DNA of 64,000 nt from the NCBI GenBank assembly GCA_964016885.1, contig OZ024747.1, positions 33,914,001 to 33,978,000 of the forward strand. The letters run 5' to 3'. The translations under genes and the position numbers were made by a program. Within the stretch, counting starts at the first letter, position 1, and each line of letters starts with the position of its first letter. The DNA is from Eledone cirrhosa (taxonomy: Eukaryota). This document shows positions 51,540 to 63,962 of this stretch, piece by piece. The notes beneath the pieces are model-generated. The model made no database searches. It saw only the letters and a program-made list of their open reading frames with translations, and was not told the DNA's origin.

Positions 51540-54500
51540 ATGAAACGATCAACACATACTTTACGAATAACACAAACCTAATTCAAACAAACGAGGAGCC
51601 ATGTAGCACAGATACACTAGCAACATACAAAATTAAAAACCAAATAATACCACAATTGAACACATCACTCAGAGACAGAAAATTCTCCGTTTGGAAGATG
51701 ATCCAAAACAACAACAAAGCGGAGCTTTATGAAAAATGGTTCAATTCATCCCCATTAATTCATACCCGCAAACTACAGATTAAACCCATCCCAGATGAAC
51801 CCGAGACGCAAAGACGACTAAGGGAATGAATGGCTCTGGAATGAATGAAGAGAGGAATTGAACTTGTAAAATTGAGGGCTCGGACAAATGAGGATAAAAT
51901 AAAATCCCTCGACAAAGAGATCAACCAAGAAATTAACATAAAGACTCAAGGCACCAACCTAGAAAATATCTTTAAACTATGGATAGAGAATTGCAACAAG
52001 GAACTGAAATCCCTTCAACGCTGGGAAAACAGCGAAACTTGGTTTTTGAACTATGGAACAATCTTTCAAACAGAATACGCTTCTAACAACTCCTTCATAA
52101 AAACAAGAAAACCTAAACACCACTCAGACACAGTTCGACAACCAAAAAAAAAAAAAAAAAAACACAAAATTCTCTCCTACCAAAAAAAGAAGGCAACACC
52201 TTACCTTTACCTCTTAATCCAACCACGCAGCAACTACGCGGATACCCATGCAACTTACAAAGAAATAAGATACAATTACCTCCAGGATGGACATTACAAA
52301 TTCCCTCCACGATCCCGAACCTTCAATAACAACAGCAGGGAACAACACAACCACACGAGACAACCCAGCATCAGCAACCGACACAATTTCCTTAATCATT
52401 TTTTAGACCCAGTACACAGACACTGTGAAACGAGATGACACAAGACATACAGGAGAGACAAAAAGTAATACAAGTCATACATTTAGCCACTAAAGAACTA
52501 ACAACCGACCAAATCAACATACTCTACAAAGGGCTGAAATTTACACCGACGCCCAAGCATCCAAACTACTCCGAAACGAATGAAGACATTGCAGAGTCTG
52601 TAGAAAATTAAGACTTAGTGAGGAACTACACAACCAGTACAGTGAGGACGATTCACCAGCGAGAAGTAGAAGCAACTACACCCCATCAAAAGGTAAGAAC
52701 CCATTTCTAGACCAATTCTGTGAACACATTACAAATTATCCATATCAACACCTACACAGACATAAACACCAGCCAAACTTCAACAAGAAAAAATGGGATG
52801 AGCTGAACAGATTAAAGAATGATAAAACTACAACAATCAAAGAGGCAGATAAAGAGAGTGCCGTAGTACTTAAGGAGACAGAATATTATACAACCCCAGT
52901 ACTCTCATCTTTAGAAGACGAAACATACTACGAAAAGTCTCAATACTACAGCCAGCAGAAAATAATGAGAAACCTAAAAACTCTGATAAACTTTTTAAAG
53001 AGAAGGACTTACCGACAACGAATACAACTATATCACTAACTTCAAAAGCAAATGCAGCCTTTTCTATGGTAACCCTAAGATACACAAAAGCGAAAATATA
53101 AGTAAGGCATGCAAGGAAGCCACAGATATATTCATCAATGTCCCCTCACCTAATGACCTCAAATTAAGGCCGAAAATAGCAGGCCCCACATTCGAAACCC
53201 ACCGCATCAGCAACTTCCTTTATATCCTATTAAAACCATTCTTGAGACACATTAAAAGCTACATAAGGGACGACCTTCATAGGCTCAACCACCTCCCCAA
53301 AACATTTAATAATAAACATAACCTACTAGTGTCTTTTGATGTAGTCAACCTATATTTCAATATCCCACACAACCTAGGAATAGAAGCAATCCAATTCTGG
53401 TTAGAAAATTACCCCAATGAACTCCCACACCGCACCATAAAAGAATTCGCAATAGAAGGGCTAACATTTATCTTGGAGAATAAGTAATTTGTATTCAATG
53501 CCAAATCCTACACACAGAAATCCAGGACTGCCATGGGCGCGAAAACGGCCCCCTCTTACGCCAACCTTGTTATGAGCTATCTGGAAATCACCCTCTACCG
53601 AAAAGTACTAGATAAATACGGAATGTCTTTCTACCTCTACATAGAAAGTAACTGGAAGAGATATCTGGATGATTGTTTCATCCTCTGGAATGAAAGTATG
53701 GAAAGACTTATTGAATTTAAAACACTTCTAAATGGACCCAACACAAACATTCAATTTACAATGGAATACAGCCATGACTTGAGCAACTTCCTTTCCTCGA
53801 CATCCTTATACAGAAAACTAACAACAAAATAGAAACAGACATATGCTATAAGCCCACAGACTCCAAACAGTATCTTCCATTCAACCGATGCCACCCGAGA
53901 CACACTAAAATAAACATACCTTACAACCTAATCAAAAGGATCAGTACAATAGTATCTAATAGGAACACCTGCTACATACGACTAGAAGAACTAAAGGACA
54001 CACTCATTAGCAGAAACTACCCACCACCACTAATTAACAATGGATTCCAACGTGTCCTAAAACTCTGTATCGAGGATCTTAGACATCCTAAACTAAAGAA
54101 TGAATTGCAACTGAAAGCTCTACCTTACATCTCCATACACTGCCCGCTTAACAATGAGGCATTCGACACCATCACCCAGAACATACCTTTACTAAAAAGA
54201 TACATAAGAATGAATCAAATCCTTCAAACACACAACATTATAACGAGCAAACGACAACCCAAATCAATGAAAAACAACCTTACACAGGCCAAAGATCAGC
54301 CGATCTTAACAATGAATCCTACAGTAAAACAATGCGGAAGACCCAACTGTGGTATATGTATCAACCTAATCAAGGGATCGGAGTTCTACTTCAAACAAGG
54401 ACAACCCTTTACAGTTAAAATATAACTTCACATGCGCATCAGAAAATCTGATTTATATGTTGACTTGCTCAGGTTGACGAGAGCACTATGTAGGAGAGTT

Positions 54501-55030
54501 CATAGATCCCAAATTAAAATACGGGAATACAGAAAAATATCACAGAGTAAACACATAGCCATCTGTCGCTCTAATGAATAACCCAACTTCAGAATTTTCC
54601 CCCTCTACAAATTTAAAGACAACGCTCCCTACATCCAGCATATTAGCAAAGAATCACACTTTATCATTAAATACGAATCCCTTTTAAATACATCTACTTC
54701 AGATGAAACTGCAGCTTTAACATTACCACCATGGGCAAATTAAGGAAGATATATTTAGAAACATTCCCACTGCAGGTAAATTTTTAACACCAATGGACAA
54801 ACTAAGAATGCCAGCATTACAGAAAGAGATACTAAGAATACTATTTTTAGAATCAATTACACCTTCGGTCAACTCTAAGGTTACTCAATCATTTAAACCA
54901 ATCCCACGGACAGCTCCCTTTACCATTATCAACAGTGATACTATTACTACTACACTTCCCCGTCGTCCCCTTCTGCTTCACCCACCCTTTCTCCATCTTC
55001 CCCTTGCCACACCTATTCCCTGTCCCTCCC

Positions 55031-55061
<31 letters not shown>

Positions 55062-55070
55062 CTTCTTCTT

Positions 55071-55101
<31 letters not shown>

Positions 55102-55450
55102 TTCTTCTTCTTCTTCTATTTCTCACCCCACTACTACCTCTACAGTCAAAGCCAACAGCTTAAACAGAACAAACTGATTCTTCCCTGCTACTCCCACTGT
55201 TGGTAGTGACACAGCTAAGATCAGCACTAAGAGAGAAAGAAAGAAAACTACAGACAAAAATGTGAACTTTCTCTTTATATATGTATGTAAAAATAATTTT
55301 TCCCCATATTGTTATTGTTCTTATTAATATACAATTTAATTGCATTATACGCCTCTGTCGTGTGAAAAAGCCTACAAGCAGAAACCGGTACAAATAATGC
55401 GGACATTTCTATTTTGTATATAAATGTTTTGATATTATTCTCAGAGAAAA
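51540..55450 (+). mobile_element. Penelope-like element 3 (Neptune-type) with upstream ORF
   Basis: Upstream helical ORF ~51690-52438. RT ORF from ATG 52435 (ILYKGLKFTPTP, MGAKTAPSYANL, WKRYLDD, CGRPNCGIC, LIYMLTCSG*REHYVGE); decayed. Confidence 0.92.
55032..55118. repeat. (CTT)n microsatellite
   Basis: Directly visible in sequence. Confidence 0.95.
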
Positions 55451-55593
55451 TCCCTATAGCATTTTCTACTGAGTTTTTTAAAACTATTTTTTTTATATAT
55501 ATATCAACTCGTGTGTCACTTCTCTCTCTGTGTATGTATATATATAGATATAGATAAATATACACGGATGTGTATGATTGTGTATAGAAGATT

Positions 55594-56136
55594 ATATTAA
55601 TAAAAGGAATTCCAACTTTGTCTGATTTACACGTTTTATTTACCATCCTGTAAAATTTATAATGGTATTAGAATGAAATAGTATGCTAGAGTATTAAATG
55701 TTAAGTGTTAATTGAACAAGTACTTTCATGCTTTCGAAATCTTCAGGTTCATATTATGTGGTGACAGTCAAGTTTGCAATTTTCAACTATCAGTTGAAAA
55801 TTGCAAACTTGACAAACTTGACATTTAATATTATACCATACTATTTCATTCTAATACCATTATACATTTTAAAGATATTAGGGTGGTGGATTGGCAGTAT
55901 CGGTAGAGGGTCGGACGCCATGCTTTGACGCATAGAGTTACGGCCTTGCTATTCTGAGTTCAAATCCCGACGAGGTTAACTTTGCCTCTCATCCTTACAG
56001 GGTCGATAAAATAAAGTACCAGTAATGCACTGGGATAATGCTTGCCTTGTGCCAAAAGTAGAAACAATTATACATTTTAAAGGATTGTAAATAAAACGAG
56101 TAAATCAGACAAAGTAGGAATTCCTTTTATTAATAT
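55594..56136. mobile_element. Foldback element (~110-bp arms) interrupted by a SINE
   Basis: tattaataaaaggaattccaactttgtctgatttac.. pairs with ..gtaaatcagacaaagtaggaattccttttattaata. Confidence 0.75.
55875..56066 (+). mobile_element. SINE family 1 with 16-bp TSD
   Basis: TSD attatacattttaaag at 55859-55874 and 56067-56082. Confidence 0.9.
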
Positions 56137-56429
56137 ATATATATATATATATATATATGGAGGAAGTTATAGTTCACTTGAAGCATTGTGTAATGAGGTA
56201 TAAACATTTGTAGTTGAAAGGCCAACACAATGCAGGTATGGATATAGAATATAAATGCAAATGCAAAAGATATTGTTGACAATTAGTCTGTTACCTTAAA
56301 TTTATTTAAATATCCTTAATTTTCGAGAAAATATATTTTCTTCGGAGGGAAGTAAAGTGGTTAATCCAGCGTTCTAAATAGCTTGGCATGTCATGCGTGA
56401 TATATATATGTTTGTTATATATATATATG

Positions 56430-56770
56430 TTTGTTTTGCAAGGTTTTTGATATGAAATGGTGTGTTGAAACAAATATTGTTATATTTGGGGAGGTCATAT
56501 TGTAGTAATATTGCAGAAATAATAAAACACACTCACCGTTTGGTTTGGATTGGTTTTCACTTCTGTATCTTTTATATATCCATAGTTAATTTATCTGGTA
56601 ATCAATGTTTATCATGAATGTATATATATAGTCTATCAAAATTCTTTCGTCATACATCTATGACATCGTCAGTAGTACTATTATGTTTCCTCCTGTTATA
56701 TTGTAATGTCTACGCCATTTCTATTTAACTAATATATTTATTTACTCTTGTCTCTATCTCTGTTTGCATG
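56430..56770 (-). repeat. HHR-like family B, third copy (best-preserved core at 56631-56678)
   Basis: Minus: gtacta CTGACGA t gtcata-gatg-tatgac GAAA gaattttga tagac. Confidence 0.65.
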
Positions 56771-57026
56771 TGTGCTTTCTGTTTGGAAAATAGCATAAAT
56801 GGAGAGCATTGAGCAGATAGATAACTCCATACACCAGAGTATAACTGTAACTATCGACTACCGTTTCAAACACCCTAACAGTAGACTACGGAACTCTGGC
56901 TAAACACTATAAGCGAGAGGGACAAAATTCTCCACTCACATTATAACAAAACCATGTCCTCTAAATACTTTATACTAAACAACTCATCAATGTCCAATAG
57001 TGCTAAGTTTAATATTCTCATCGCAG

Positions 57027-57596
57027 ACATTAGTGTCTGCAGTTCTGTTTGCATGCCAGCTCAAGAGCCAGAACGAGGGGCTCATTCTACTGACATGACT
57101 TATAAAAGAGGGTGTTTGCATAATTGCAAATGAATCGAATATTATTATTAATATTCGAAAAACTCAGATTACATTTATTGTATTCAGCCATGAGCGATAA
57201 CTAGTCATTAGTTATTTGAATATGGCAAAGCTCGTATACATGAACCAGGCTGGCCTATCTGTTGATATCCAAATCTGGCTGATCAGTGGGTCTACTAATA
57301 TGCAGATGAGTCTAATCAGCCAGGCTGCAAATATGTAATTCAGGTCGATCAGTCACTGTATATTTCAGAAAATATCATATTTTTTCACCAGCTCTGACAG
57401 TTGGCAGCTAAGCAGTAAACTGCACTGATGACGAGTAATCACCCAGAAACATTAGTATCTGTAGTTCTGTTTGCATGCCAACACAAGAGCGAGAATGAAG
57501 GGGCTAATTCTACTGACATGGCTTATAAAAAGGGTGTTTGCACAATTGCAAACGAATCAAATATTATTATTAATATTCGAAAATCTCAGATTACAT
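57027..57596 (+). repeat. HHR family E: 422-nt monomer plus 148-nt partial repeat
   Basis: Direct repeats 57027-57174 and 57449-57596. Confidence 0.85.
57418..57466 (+). ncRNA. Type I hammerhead ribozyme, family E (slightly degenerate)
   Basis: aactgca CTGATGA cgagt-aatc-accca GAA ACA-ttag-tat C tgtagtt; 7-bp stem I. The upstream copy retains ACA-ttag-TGT C tgcagtt. Confidence 0.75.
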
Positions 57597-58189
57597 CATA
57601 TATATAATTATATGTAATTAAAATCGAGTGACATAGCATCTTACGAACAGCAATTTTTATACACACAGGACTAATGAAACAATTGCTACTACTTTCAATA
57701 AACCATATTATACAGCCGACCCATGATATTATTCACTCCTTTACTATATATATATATATATATATATCATCCCCATCATCGTTTAACATCTATCTTCCAT
57801 GCTAGCATGGATTAGATGGGAATCGTCCCACTTGAGGCAAGATTGGTCGTGTGACCGTGTCTCGCTCGTATAAGATTGTATCTGCCAGGTTTTCTACATA
57901 TGGATGCTCTTCCTAATACCAACCACATTTACAGTGTGGATTGTGAGCCTTTTTACCATGTCTCCTACATAACCACTTTACAGCATAGACTGAGTGTTTT
58001 TTGTCGTGACACCTACACAGCAACTTTAGTGTGGACTGGATGTTATGTGGTACCAACATTACTATACAAAGAAAGTGTGGTGTTGATGGGAATGTGAGGA
58101 TGGATTTGGGGTGTATATTTGATTAAGACGTGCCTGCTGAATGTAGGTTTAACTTCGTATGTAAGGGAAGGTGAGTGTTCTGTATTACT

Positions 58190-58875
58190 GCGAGACTGGT
58201 ACAATGACATTGTCTTAGAGAGGTGTAAATGTGCAAGGTCATATTTTAACATGAGGTCCCATGTTTTTCTGAGCCTACCTACTCCGTAGCTTCCATCAAC
58301 TTTGTTCGCCCTGCACATTTTTATACACCTGTCGTCTTTCATGTGCATCACATGACCATACCAACATAATTTCCTTTCAAGTAAACTGCACCTGATCCCC
58401 CTTATTCCTAATTTCTCACTTAGTTTGTTTATGTTTCCCCATTCGTTTATATAACAATTACACATCCAACGGAGCATGCATGATTCGTTCCTTTCCAATC
58501 TTCACAGGTTCTCTGCACACAATGCCCATGTCTCACTGCCATGTAACATTGTTGTTCGTATACAAGCATCATACAATCTGTCTTTCAATTTCAGAGAGAA
58601 ACCTTTTGTGGCCAACAGGGATATTAGCTCTGAACTTTTTCCATCCCATTCTAACTCTGACTACTGTACTTTCAGAGCACCCCCATCCACTGCTGATTTT
58701 GTCACCCAGGTAACAGAAAGTGTCTACTATTTCTATAGAACCATTTGGGCAGTTGAAGGAACTAGTATCCTGTGGGCACTTGTTATAAAATCTACATTCT
58801 TAGATAGCTTGCCTGTGGACCCACTACATCTTTTATGTACCCTTAGTTTGCATTTGGGTCATAGAATTGAATTTT
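58190..58875 (-). mobile_element. RTE LINE C-terminal fragment
   Basis: ERNESCMLRWMC..RKLCWYGHVMHM..GRLRKTW. Confidence 0.85.
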
Positions 58876-59384
58876 TACCTTTCCTTATATATATATATAT
58901 ATAATATATATATATATATCATCGTCATTATCATCATCGTCATCGTTTAACGTATATCTTTCATGCTAGCATGGGTTAAGACGGGAATTGTCCCACTTGA
59001 TGCAAGATTGGTCGTTTTGCTCGTATAGGACTGTCTGGCAGGTCGTTTCGCTCGTATAGGATGCCCTTCCTAGCACCAACCACCTTTACAGTGTGGACTG
59101 GGAGGTTTTTATCGTATTAAGTAGAAGGCCACATTACAGCGAGGACTGTGTGTTTTTTTGTCGTGACACCTACACGACCTCATTTATTTAGGACTGGATG
59201 TTGTGGTACCAACATAACTTAACAGAGAAAGGGGTGGTGTTGGTGGGATGGGGGGAGATTAGGGGTAGTGGGATGCGTGTATATATATATATATATATAT
59301 ATGTAGGAGGTGAGTTTTATTGTAGCAATAATAAAGCAATGCAAATATCGGATAAGTAGCACTCCACAGTTTATAGGACTGGAG

Positions 59385-59537
59385 TATAAATAATATAAGA
59401 TCAAAAGATGGTTAAAAGAGTTCCAAGTATTTTATTATGCGCATCTCAAAAACAAATATCATCATGGGATGATATTTGTTTTTGAGATGCGCATAATAAA
59501 ATACTTGGAACTCTTTTAACCATCTTTTGATCTTATA

Positions 59538-59546
<9 letters not shown>
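59385..59546. repeat. Perfect palindrome, 79-bp arms, 4-nt loop
   Basis: tataaataatataagatc...aaatatcatc ATGG gatgatattt...gatcttatattatttata. Confidence 0.9.
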
Positions 59547-59601
<55 letters not shown>

Positions 59602-59672
59602 CGAAGGAAATGTGGTAAGGAACCAGGTGGACCATAACGCACCAGCTCAGCTGTCGGGGTCTTACTGGTTCC

Positions 59673-59771
<99 letters not shown>

Positions 59772-59774
59772 ATG

Positions 59775-59838
<64 letters not shown>

Positions 59839-60131
59839 TGAAGTTGTATATATATATACACCTATGAAAAACTCTCCAAATTACAACCATATGGAAAAAA
59901 AGAGAGCTAAAATGCTGCTACAGCTTATATATATCTTTATACATGTGTGTGTGCATATGCATAAGGCACAGACACACAAGTACATACGACACCATCATTG
60001 AAAATAGATGCATATGGTGATGCACTCCATCAGCCACACAGTAATAAAATAGAAATTTGAGAAGAAAAAAAATCTTTTTCGATTTTCATAAACATTTTAT
60101 TGAATTAACTGTATTATCTATATTCAACATC

Positions 60132-61032
60132 ATACCAATTGTGTATGGTTGACGGTATCTTTAGTCAGTTTCTACATGCTGTTGAAATGCTGGGTAAATA
60201 CCCTATTGGGGTCAACCGCGAAGAGGCCGCTTTCGGTTATTTATCAAATATTGCTTCATAGGAGCCTTTATTCTTATAGCCTGGTCTAAATGATTTTTTA
60301 TATGGTTAATTATGCTAATTGGGAGAGGAAATGGTATATATTTTATCTAATAATTCTAAGGTCATGATTAATGATATATTGCTCTGATTATTTAATTTAT
60401 TAACTCTTCGTTGAGCCACATCGTATCCAGGTGCCACATATATATCTGTGACTTTATGTATATGTAAATCTCTATATTTAATAATCTCCCGTTGGGTTGA
60501 GATGCAATTGGGCGATATTGGGCTGCGCTTTCTAGCAACCAGCCTACTCGCCGTAAGCAAATAATCACATTCTTTCTAACTTGACCACTGCCACGTCATG
60601 ATTCTTAGCCATTTTTAAAATCTATTTCTGGCGCGATCGCTTTGGAAAATTAACTGGCCTATTGAGTTTGTCTCCTGATGAGTTCGTTACTCTAGATTCA
60701 TCATTAATAATAGGATATCTCAAAATACGAACGAAACCATGGTAGAGTTGTAATTACGGTGTGTAAACGTTTTTTCTAACTTTAAATTTATACCTAATTG
60801 TGTATGGTTGACGGTATATATATAGTCAGTTTCTACATGCTGTTGAAATGTTGGGTAAATACCCTATTGGCGTCAACCTCGAAGAGGCTGCTTTCGGTTA
60901 TTTATCAAATATTTCTTCATAGGAGCCTTTATTCTTATAGCCTGGTCTAATTGATTTTTTATATGGTTAATTATGCTAACTGGGAGAGGAAATGGTATAT
61001 ATTTTATCTAATAATTCTAAGGACATGATTTA

Positions 61033-61039
<7 letters not shown>
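60132..61039 (+). repeat. HHR family F: ~659-nt monomer plus ~250-nt repeat
   Basis: Direct repeats 60132-60379 and 60790-61039 flank a segment carrying an HHR. Confidence 0.88.
60672..60747 (+). ncRNA. Type I hammerhead ribozyme, family F, intact core
   Basis: ctc CTGATGA gttcgt-(39 nt)-acgaac GAA ACCATGGT A gag. Confidence 0.85.
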
Positions 61040-61097
<58 letters not shown>

Positions 61098-61279
61098 CAT
61101 GCATATATATATAGGAACAAGTATGACCCAGACGGCAGAGATCAAGCCGTTTCGACGGCTTTTTGGGCTTGAGCTCTGTCGTCGGGGTAATACTTGTTCC
61201 TATTAGCCACTCCAATACCCTAAGTATTGAGTACTTTGGTGCGTTATAGTCCATCTGGTTCCTTACCACAATTCCTTCG

Positions 61280-61372
<93 letters not shown>

Positions 61373-61642
61373 ATTTTGCAATACACTGTGTGCTTAATTA
61401 AAAGCATTTCGAAAACCTTATGCTATTGTTTTAGAGTAGTGACAGACTCACTTACTTTAATTTTCAGCAAACAGGGGAGATAAAGCTGACAAGGCATTGT
61501 TTCGCATTTATTGATGCTTATCAAAGCCAACTACTCCTCCTGTTTCCTGAAAACATGAATGTTTGGTTCTTATAGAATTCTAGTAAATAATCAGTAAATA
61601 TCCACATGTATATACATATATATATATATGCATATATATATT

Positions 61643-61817
<175 letters not shown>

Positions 61818-61819
61818 TT

Positions 61820-62496
61820 TCATCCTCAGTGTATACTGAATAATGTTCAGAGCCATCCTCAGCATTCTCGTGTAGCACCCATCCACCATCTGAGTGAGTT
61901 TCTTGGTCAGTGTCCAAGTCTCAGACCCATACAGCAGCACAGACTCCACTACAGCAATGAAGAGGCGGATTTTCAGGTCTCTACGAAGGTCCGACTTCCA
62001 CACCATTCTCAAGCTGTGGCACGCCGCCCAGGCCTTGCTCTTCCTCTCAACCACATCATTTTCCGTATTCCCAATCTTTGCTCCCAAATACAGGAAGCCC
62101 TCAACCAATTCTAGCGGCTTCCCGTCTACATTAGTGATCCCCTCTGGCTTCTCAACATTCTCTACCAGATATTTTGTTTTAGTCTCATTTATTCTCAGCC
62201 CCACACTCATCGACACAGTCTCAACCTCCCGCATCAAATCCTCAGCTCAAAAGTGACACAGAGGAGATTGAGGTTAGCTGGACAAGCTCACCGACATCCA
62301 GAGTTGACATTGCACTCAGTGCTCCTTTGGGAGCCCCTACATGGACACACTAGAAGAGGAAGTCCAAGGTTAACGTATGTTGATGCCCTAAGGACAGACA
62401 CTGGTCTGTTGGAGAGGCAGGACATGGCAGCGATAATGAGGGACAGAGACCGCTCGAGAGAACTCGTCCATGGATCTCGGGAATTTTACCCGCCTT

Positions 62497-62497
<1 letters not shown>
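61820..62497. mobile_element. RTE-like LINE 3' end with 5' inversion
   Basis: Minus 61820-62250: [29 protein letters not shown]. Plus 62250-62497: RRLRLAGQAHRHPE..RGSPRLTYVD. Confidence 0.85.
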
Positions 62498-62530
<33 letters not shown>

Positions 62531-62786
62531 GGAAAAAAATGAAACGAAATTTCATTTTCCACTCTTAGTACGGCTGTTACTTAAATATAAGTATGTATAC
62601 TTACATACATTTAGGTATACAGACGTACAGTATTATATATATATACATACATGCACACATATATATGTACGTATGGATTCACCGAACATTTATTATAATG
62701 CTCGGTGTGTTTGTAAACAAACATCCCGTATTAAGCCGTAGTGTCTAGCAACCATCGTTGCTCGTTTTTTTAACACTGACAAAGGA

Positions 62787-62829
62787 ACGCGGTACTAGTT
62801 TCAAGCTTATTAGCTCTCGTCAGCAACGT
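62787..62829 (-). ncRNA. Type I hammerhead ribozyme, family A
   Basis: acgttg CTGACGA gagct-aata-agctt GAA ACTAGT A ccgcgt. Confidence 0.82.
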
Positions 62830-63265
62830 ATACCTTCCTGCCAGATGATTGTACTTCTGAAAGTATATACTTTACTTATGCATATTAACGGCTGAGCAGC
62901 CTAATTTGCATATCGAGTGGGTTAATCGGCCGGGTGCACCGAAAACGATAAATGAAAAAGAATGAAATGAAATGAAATTTCTCACTCTTAGTATGGCTGA
63001 TACTTAAAAATGAATATGTATACGTACATACATATATGTATACAGACGTACAGTATAATGTATATATGTACATACATGCACACATATATATATATATATA
63101 TGTACGTATGGGTTTTCCGTACATTTCGTTTCATTTTTTCCGTTTACCGTTATCGGTGCGCCCGGCCGACTATCTCACTCGATATGCAAATCAGGCTGCT
63201 CAACCGTTAATATGCATAAGTAAAGTATATACTTTTAAACATTAAATCTTATGGCAGGAAGGTAT

Positions 63266-63301
63266 ACGGTGCTGACGATAAGCTTGAAACTAGTTCATCG
63301 T
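63266..63301 (+). ncRNA. Family A hammerhead with 7-nt deletion in stem II (likely inactive)
   Basis: acggtg CTGACGA taagctt GAA ACTAGT T catcgt. Confidence 0.6.
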
Positions 63302-63577
63302 TCGTTTGTCAGTGTTGAACAAAAGGGCAACGATGGTTGCTAAACAATGTACGGCTTCATTCGGGCTGTTTGTTTACAAACAAACCGAATATTATAATAA
63401 ATGTTCGGTAAACCGATACGTACATATATATACGTGTGCATGTATGTATATATCTACATACTACTGTACGTCTGTATACATATATGTATGTACGTATACA
63501 TACTTATATTTAGTTTTATGTATATATATTATATATATATATATATGCAAGTTGAAGGAAGACGTAGTAGAAGAAGA

Positions 63578-63962
63578 TCATCATTATTTTACGTCTGCTT
63601 TGTCCTGTTTGCAAGGGTGGGACGGGAACTGATTCTGGCTTTATTTCTACAGCTGGATTCCCTTCCTAACACCAAGCCGCCAACCTCATTTACAGTGAGT
63701 GCTGGGTGCTTTTTTCCCTGTGGCGCCTACACATCCACTTTACAGTGTGAGCTAGGTGCTCTTTATTTTGCCGTGGCACCTCCACCACCACTTTGCCGTG
63801 GACTGATAGGGACCCCAGTCCTATCATCTCAATTCTACAGCTGAGTAAATTGGACCAATTTGAAATAAAGTATCTTGCTCAAGGAAACAACACATCACCT
63901 GGTCCGAGAATTGAACTCACAACCTTTCGATTTCAAGGCCAATGCTCTATCCACTAAGCCAT
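63578..63962 (-). mobile_element. SINE family 2
   Basis: Reverse complement of the 17377 copy. Confidence 0.85.

Larger units (their letters stand above)
62525..63510. repeat. HHR family A, locus 3: head-to-head inverted copies
   Basis: Minus ~62525-63120; plus ~63122-63510. Confidence 0.88.

Noticed and set aside
54475-54477. In-frame TGA at a GIY-YIG CxxC cysteine (selenocysteine as in Naiad PLEs)
   Set aside because: PLE1 and PLE2 have TGT/TGC at this position, this copy has many other stops, and no SECIS was recognised.
55727-55750. Minus-strand CTGAAGA-tttc-GAAA-gcatg in the foldback centre
   Set aside because: Stem II cannot pair and no UH/stem I partner is seen.
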